Source of the DNA: Macrostomum lignano
Taxonomy: Eukaryota
DNA length: 64,000 bases
Assembly: GCA_002269645.1 (NCBI GenBank)
Contig: NIVC01001207.1
Location: 271,541-335,540, forward strand
Direction of reading: 5' to 3'
Positions 58,273 to 64,000 of the stretch are shown here, in pieces. The translations under genes and the position numbers were made by a program. The notes beneath the pieces were generated by a model. The model saw only the letters and a program-made list of their open reading frames with translations. It ran no database searches and was not told where the DNA came from. Every line of letters begins with the position of its first letter. Position 1 is the first letter of the stretch.

Positions 58273-59028
58273 TGGTTCAAGATCTCCGTGCGCGGTGGCG
58301 TCAAGAGAAAGCAGGTGACTTCTGCTGTCTCCCCTCTGCATCAGTTCTTGAGCTGCTTGACTCCCTCGCTCCATTGAAACAACAAGAGACTCGCTGTTGC
58401 TCAGACAGACGCGCAGACTCACCCCAATCTCCATCAGAGGCTGCACCTGTTGCCAGCCAAGTGTCTGGCAATGCCACTCTGCCGTGTCGCGAAGCTGTGC
58501 CATGGGCTTGGCTGGCGAGAACTGGGCTCAGGGGGGATCGAGGCCTCGCACCCAGGCTAGCAGGCTAATTACTCTAAACAACACTCCAATCCCATCGAAT
58601 TATCCTCAGTTCGCTTGAATCCCAAGAGCTCCCAGGCTGTATACGCTCCATTCAATGGGATCAGTCAGTCAGTCAGTGAGGATCGCAACGTTTTTAAAAC
58701 ATGAAGAGGCAAAATATCCCCGAAACAGCCAAGCCCCCCCCCCTCTTTAATCGGTCTCGGCCGGATACGACACGCGTGTCGAATCCCTTGCGCTTCAGAG
58801 AGCGTCTCGGCGAACAATTTCAAATCCAGCCTTCGAGTGTGGCTGGAAACAATGGCTGCGAAAGCCGGCAAGCGGGGCTAAGCGAGAAATTGATGGCGGC
58901 AGAAGTGGCGGCGGCTGCGGCGGCTGCGTCACTGGCTTTGGGCTCTGAAGCTCGGTCTCCGTTTCATGCCTGTTTGAGTCTTTGTTGCACGGCTGTTCGG
59001 AGCGTGTCTCATCTCTATCCTACTGCAT

Positions 59029-60020
59029 TCTCCCCGTCTCTCCCCGTCTCTCCACGTCTCTCCCCGTCTCTCCCCGTCTGTCCCCGTCTCTCTCCGTCTC
59101 TCCCCGTCTCTCCCCGTCTCTCCCCGTCTCTATCCGTCTCTCCCCGTCTCTCCCCGTCTCTATCCGTCTCTCCCCGTCTCTCCCCATCTCTATCCGTCTC
59201 TATCCGTCTCTTCTCGTCCCTCCCCATCTCTCCCCGTCTCTCCCCGTCTCTCCCCGTCTCTATCCGTCTCTCCCCGTCTCTCCCCATCTCTATCCGTCTC
59301 TATCCGTCTCTTCTTGTCCCTCCCCATCTCTGCCCGTCTCTATCCGTCTCTATCCGTCTCTCTCCGTCTCTATCCGTCTCTCCCCGTCTCTATCCGTCTC
59401 TCCCCGTCTCTATCCGTCTCTCCCCGTCTCTCCCCATCTCTATCCGTCTCTATCCGTCTCTTCTCGTCCCTCCCCATCTCTGCCCGTCTCTATCCATCTC
59501 TCCCCGTCTCTCACCGTCTCTATCCGTCTCTCCCGTCTCTATCCGTCTCTATCCGTCTCTATCCGTCTCTATCCGTCTCTCTCCGTCTCTATCCGTCTCT
59601 CCCCGTCTCTATCCGTCTCTCCCCGTCTCTATCCGTCTCTCCCCGTCTCTATCCGTCTCTCCCCGTCTCTATCCGTCTCTATCCGTCTCTATCCGTCTCT
59701 TCTCGTCCCTCCCCATCTCTGCCCGTCTCTATCCGTCTCTCCCCGTCTCTATCCGTCTCTATCCGTCTCTATCCGTCTCTATCCGTCTCTCTCCGTCTCT
59801 ATCCGTCTCTCCCCGTCTCTCCCCGTCTCTCCCCGTCTCTTTCAGTCTCTCCCAGTCTCTCCCGTCTCTCCGTTTCTCCCCATCTCTCACTGTCTCTCCG
59901 CATCTCCCCCGTCTCTCACCGGCTCCCCGTCTCTCCCCGTCTCTCCCCATCTCTCCCGCCTCTCCCCGTCTCTCCCCGTCTCTCCCCGTCTCTCCGCATC
60001 TCTGCGTCTCTCCCTATCTC
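59029..60020. repeat. 10-bp minisatellite (TCTCCCCGTC / TCTATCCGTC), ~100 copies
   Basis: Pyrimidine-rich decamers. ORFs 58701-60319 are its translations. Confidence 0.96.
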
Positions 60021-63000
60021 TCAGAATCCTTCATTTTCTGTACACAATATTCTCCCACCAATTAATTGATATTTCCATATTCCTAAGCACGAAACTTATG
60101 ATACTCGCACTATTAAAAAAACTTGCATGTGTTTCATCGAAAAAAATTGCAGCCAACAAAACAGACAGGCAGCCCGCCATCTTGATCGGCACAAGACCCA
60201 GCCGACTCGCACAATGGCCACAGAGTCTGCAGAAGCAACAGATCGGTCTGCAGTTTTTTCACTGCATCCCCCATTTCCTTCCTTCCTTAGACCGGCCTCG
60301 TGGCATCCCAGCCTCTTGAGTTGTTTCAAGTGGCGATGAAGTGGACTCGGCTCCGAGGCTTGAGTAGGCTAAGAAGGACTCCGAATGGTTTTAACGGGTA
60401 GAAGAGGCTGCTAGTTGACCCTCGGCGTCAGTAGCTGGAGAAAAACTCACCCAGCTCAGCATTCCAGCTTAGAAGACAAAAAGCAGACTCTGAGCCACCG
60501 CAGGATGAAGAAGGGGTTGCCGAAGCGCTTCCGATGCTGACAGTTTTTCTTCATCCCTCAGCCTGGGGTTGGCGGGATGGTGGGGAGAAAACTCCTCACA
60601 AAACACCCCCCTTCCCAACCATACCCAGGTTTTTTTTCAAACAATAACAATGACACAACAGGCAGGCAAGGCCTCACAGCCGCAGACAATGGGAGGGAGA
60701 GAGTTGGACGACTTCCTGTTTGTAGGTTCGCTCGGCCATTGTCTGCGAGGCATGGGGATCATGGAATCCTGTAGACCAGGTCCTGTCCATCAGCGAGCGA
60801 GTTGCCGGCGGCGGGCGCATTAGAGAAGGCAGAGACGGAGAGGGTGGCGGGTAGCGAGAGAGAAAGAAACAGAGGAAATGAGAGGCCAAGGACTGGCGGT
60901 TGAAGCGAAAATATTTCCCCTTCTTCGTCGCTCGCCTTCGCGACGTCAAAGCGACGAATATGCATAATTTATGCAAATCGCCACGGCAACCGACACGCTA
61001 TTCGGGGTCAAGTAGGGCTCGGAGGAATGGAATGGGGGAACAGCAACTGGACAGATAAATGATGGGGCGAGAGGCAATAATGGACAATGGACGACATTTG
61101 AGAAGCGGGCGGAAGCCGGCTACAGGACTGGGGGGGGGGGGGGGTTTCTAGTCAGTTTTTATTATTAAAAACAGTTGCCAGCCAGCCTGACCGCCGAACG
61201 AGCGATCGAGCAAAAGGTTAAGAAAGAAACTGAGAGAGCATATACGACTCGCAGATCGAGCCGAGGCCGCCAGACTGTCGAGTGTTTGTTTTAATCCCTC
61301 CACTAGTTGCATAGAAATTCTGGAGAGATAAGGAGGGGCCGGTCAAGTTTTCATTGGGTTTATCGTCCCAGCTATAAGGCTGAATTCAGGTAAGCAACAG
61401 ATGGGGCAGCCTGCAAAGCTCAGCGTCTCACTCAGTCAGCTGAGCTAAAGTGCCCGCCGCGTGACTGCCAGACACCAGCCTGGGATTAAGAGGCTCGCAA
61501 ACTGAAGTTTTAATTTATTCAAAAAGAACGCACAATTGTCTCCGCAGTAACCTGGACGTCAGCAACTGCTTGATTGATTCTCAGGGCAACATTTCTTCTC
61601 TCTACTGAATTTTTAAGAACAGCAGCCTGTCTCGCCACCTTTGTCTGCTGGAAAAATACCGGTCAGGAAGTTCCCTTTGAACAGCTCACCAGGAAGATCT
61701 AATTAACTCACAGAGAGAGAGAGGGGAGAGTTTTCAGGAAATATTTCTCATCCTGTTTTTCTGCGGACAACTCGGAGAGCTGCGCGGCTACTCGACCGAG
61801 AGCTTCGGCTTCAAGGAGCCGCCGCCTGGCGGACTTCCCCCGTCCCAATCTGCAAATCAAAGCCGATGGGAGGACAAAGAGACTCGCCCAGTCGAAACGG
61901 TGCCTCATTTCCCCTGAAGAGGATGTTTATTACCCTTCATCCTTGAGCTTTGGCGCAATTTTCAAAAGCTGATTAGCCTCGGAATCCCCTCCCCTCCGCC
62001 CAGGTGACTTATCGCTGTAATTAGGCCTGGAGACGGCGCTCCCGAGGCAGCTAATTGCGCGGACAAATTCTTTTGCTTGACAAGAGCTGCTTCTGAATCC
62101 GTGAAAGAGAAAATTTCTTTTGCAAAAGAATTCAGCAAATTGGCAGTGGGGATTACCCACCCCGCCCCAACCACCCCAGCTCCTCAAATTGCAGATGGCC
62201 CGCTAAAGCTTAAGAGAGTTACTGTCAGGATTGAGATCTCCAAGGCAGAATGGTTGAGCTCAGACACCTGTACGCCTTGATCACAGATGGATAATAGGGG
62301 CGCGAGCTTGGAGTTGTCCAAGTTTAATAGAATTTTCCGCATGCCCGACGCCCGAGATGAAGGATATTATCGATGATGAGGCAAGAATTAGGGGAAATCG
62401 CCTCAGGGGGTAAACGGAGAATAGTTCTCCTCAACGAGACTCAAAATGATGACGCAGTATAAGGATGCTGGATTCCGGGAGAGGGGTGAATTGGTGGATT
62501 TTAGAAACAGTCGCGGGGGGAGGCGTCACACTGACACGTGCCCGCCGAGCTGGAGTGGGTCCGGCGGTCCACTACTCTCCGAGAACTCGGCAATTGAAAA
62601 ACTTCTCTAAAACCGCTGCCCCAGTCTGTGAGCAGTATATACAGAGTAGGCAATGTCCGACTGTCCCGTTCACCATCAAACCGGCCAACCTTTATCTGCT
62701 GCTCAAAAGTATTCCTATACCGGTTAGTTGGAGCCTGCTCGACCCACACCTCCGAGTGACTTTCAGAAGTGGCCTCCTTCAAACCCTAATGGGACTCAAG
62801 AGGTGGCGGGAGAGGCTGAGAGGGGATGAGAGGTGCGAGGGTCATCAGCACTGGAGGTGGGCATCTTCCCCCCGCTTCAGTTGACTGAGAACTGAGCTGG
62901 TCTAGCTCTGAGTGTCTGTGCAAAAAAATTAATTTCCAGCACACGTACAAGCCATTGAATGCGTACCTGGGCTGCTGACAGCCAGACAGCATTGATCGCA

Positions 63001-63347
63001 TTTTATTGCTGCGCCGGTTGAAAGAAGCGACCCGAGAATTCAATGAAAAACTGTAGCATAATCCCAATGAGCCTAGCCCTTCTCCACTGATCCTCGCGGA
63101 AGCTGAGCTTTTTCTGGTCTTCCCACTGCATCCACAGCTCCTCCTTTTGAAACTGACACACAAATGAAACTTCCGCAGTTGCAGAAATTTCTTTAGTATA
63201 GAAAAAAACTTAACACAACGGAATAGCATGCAAACTTCCGCTGCAGTTCATTGTCAGTACCCATTGTTGGGACCCCGGGGTGGGTGTCAACACTTTTGGG
63301 TAAATTTTCGAGCAATAAGGTATGTAGTGTAACCTGTGTGTTAAATG

Positions 63348-63831
<484 letters not shown>

Positions 63832-64000
63832 GGTGAATCTGTTCATTCCTGACACTCATTGTGTTTCAACTCAACGCCATTCCGACAGGGTCGGAAGCCC
63901 ATCAAGCATCAATTTCTTGCGGCTTGAGCTTGAAGCAAACTGATCGCAGGAAATGATGAGCGCCCGGTGACATGCTTTCACACAATCCACACAGCCCAGG

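Noticed and set aside
58701-60319. 454-aa and 445-aa SP/RL-rich ORFs
   Set aside because: Translations of a stop-free decamer array; the same applies to the (YLSI)n ORFs at 46682 and 63193.

Overview
Eukaryotic (metazoan) genomic DNA with spliceosomal GT-AG introns, GC3-rich exons, poly-Q/poly-G tracts, (GATA)n satellites and a private minisatellite in most long introns. The style is consistent with a free-living flatworm such as Macrostomum, but this is inference only. Genes reconstructed by hand: the last two exons of an unidentified gene (+, 1241-3039), an intronless secretory cyclophilin (-), CNDP2 dipeptidase (+, 4 exons), RFC4 (+, 4 exons), MEF2 (-, 3 coding exons), a small C18orf32/UPF0729-like gene (-, 2 exons), an H-type ferritin (+, 2 exons), a SoxF-like HMG gene (+, 2 exons) and an ERG/FLI/FEV-family ETS gene without a PNT domain (+, 3 exons). 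Mobile DNA: a mariner-like MITE, a heavily C-to-T mutated MULE transposase relic, a decayed RTE retroelement split by a 5'-truncated RNase H-bearing I-group retroelement, and a tRNA-headed CORE-like SINE. There are about 20 tandem arrays. There is no CRISPR array or prokaryotic system, and most long ORFs in the track are repeat artefacts. The best leads are: (1) near-total CpG erasure with apparent CG-to-TA double hits confined to the MULE relic; (2) a candidate trans-splicing operon (C18orf32-like to MEF2) with an SL-like relic at the upstream start codon; (3) minisatellites that create tandem regulatory or translational units (15 octamers, 3 phased AP-1 sites, 18 uATGs); (4) a 19-nt minisatellite core shared between introns of neighbouring genes; (5) a nested retro-insertion with microhomology at both junctions. 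None of these is established as a new system without the tests listed.
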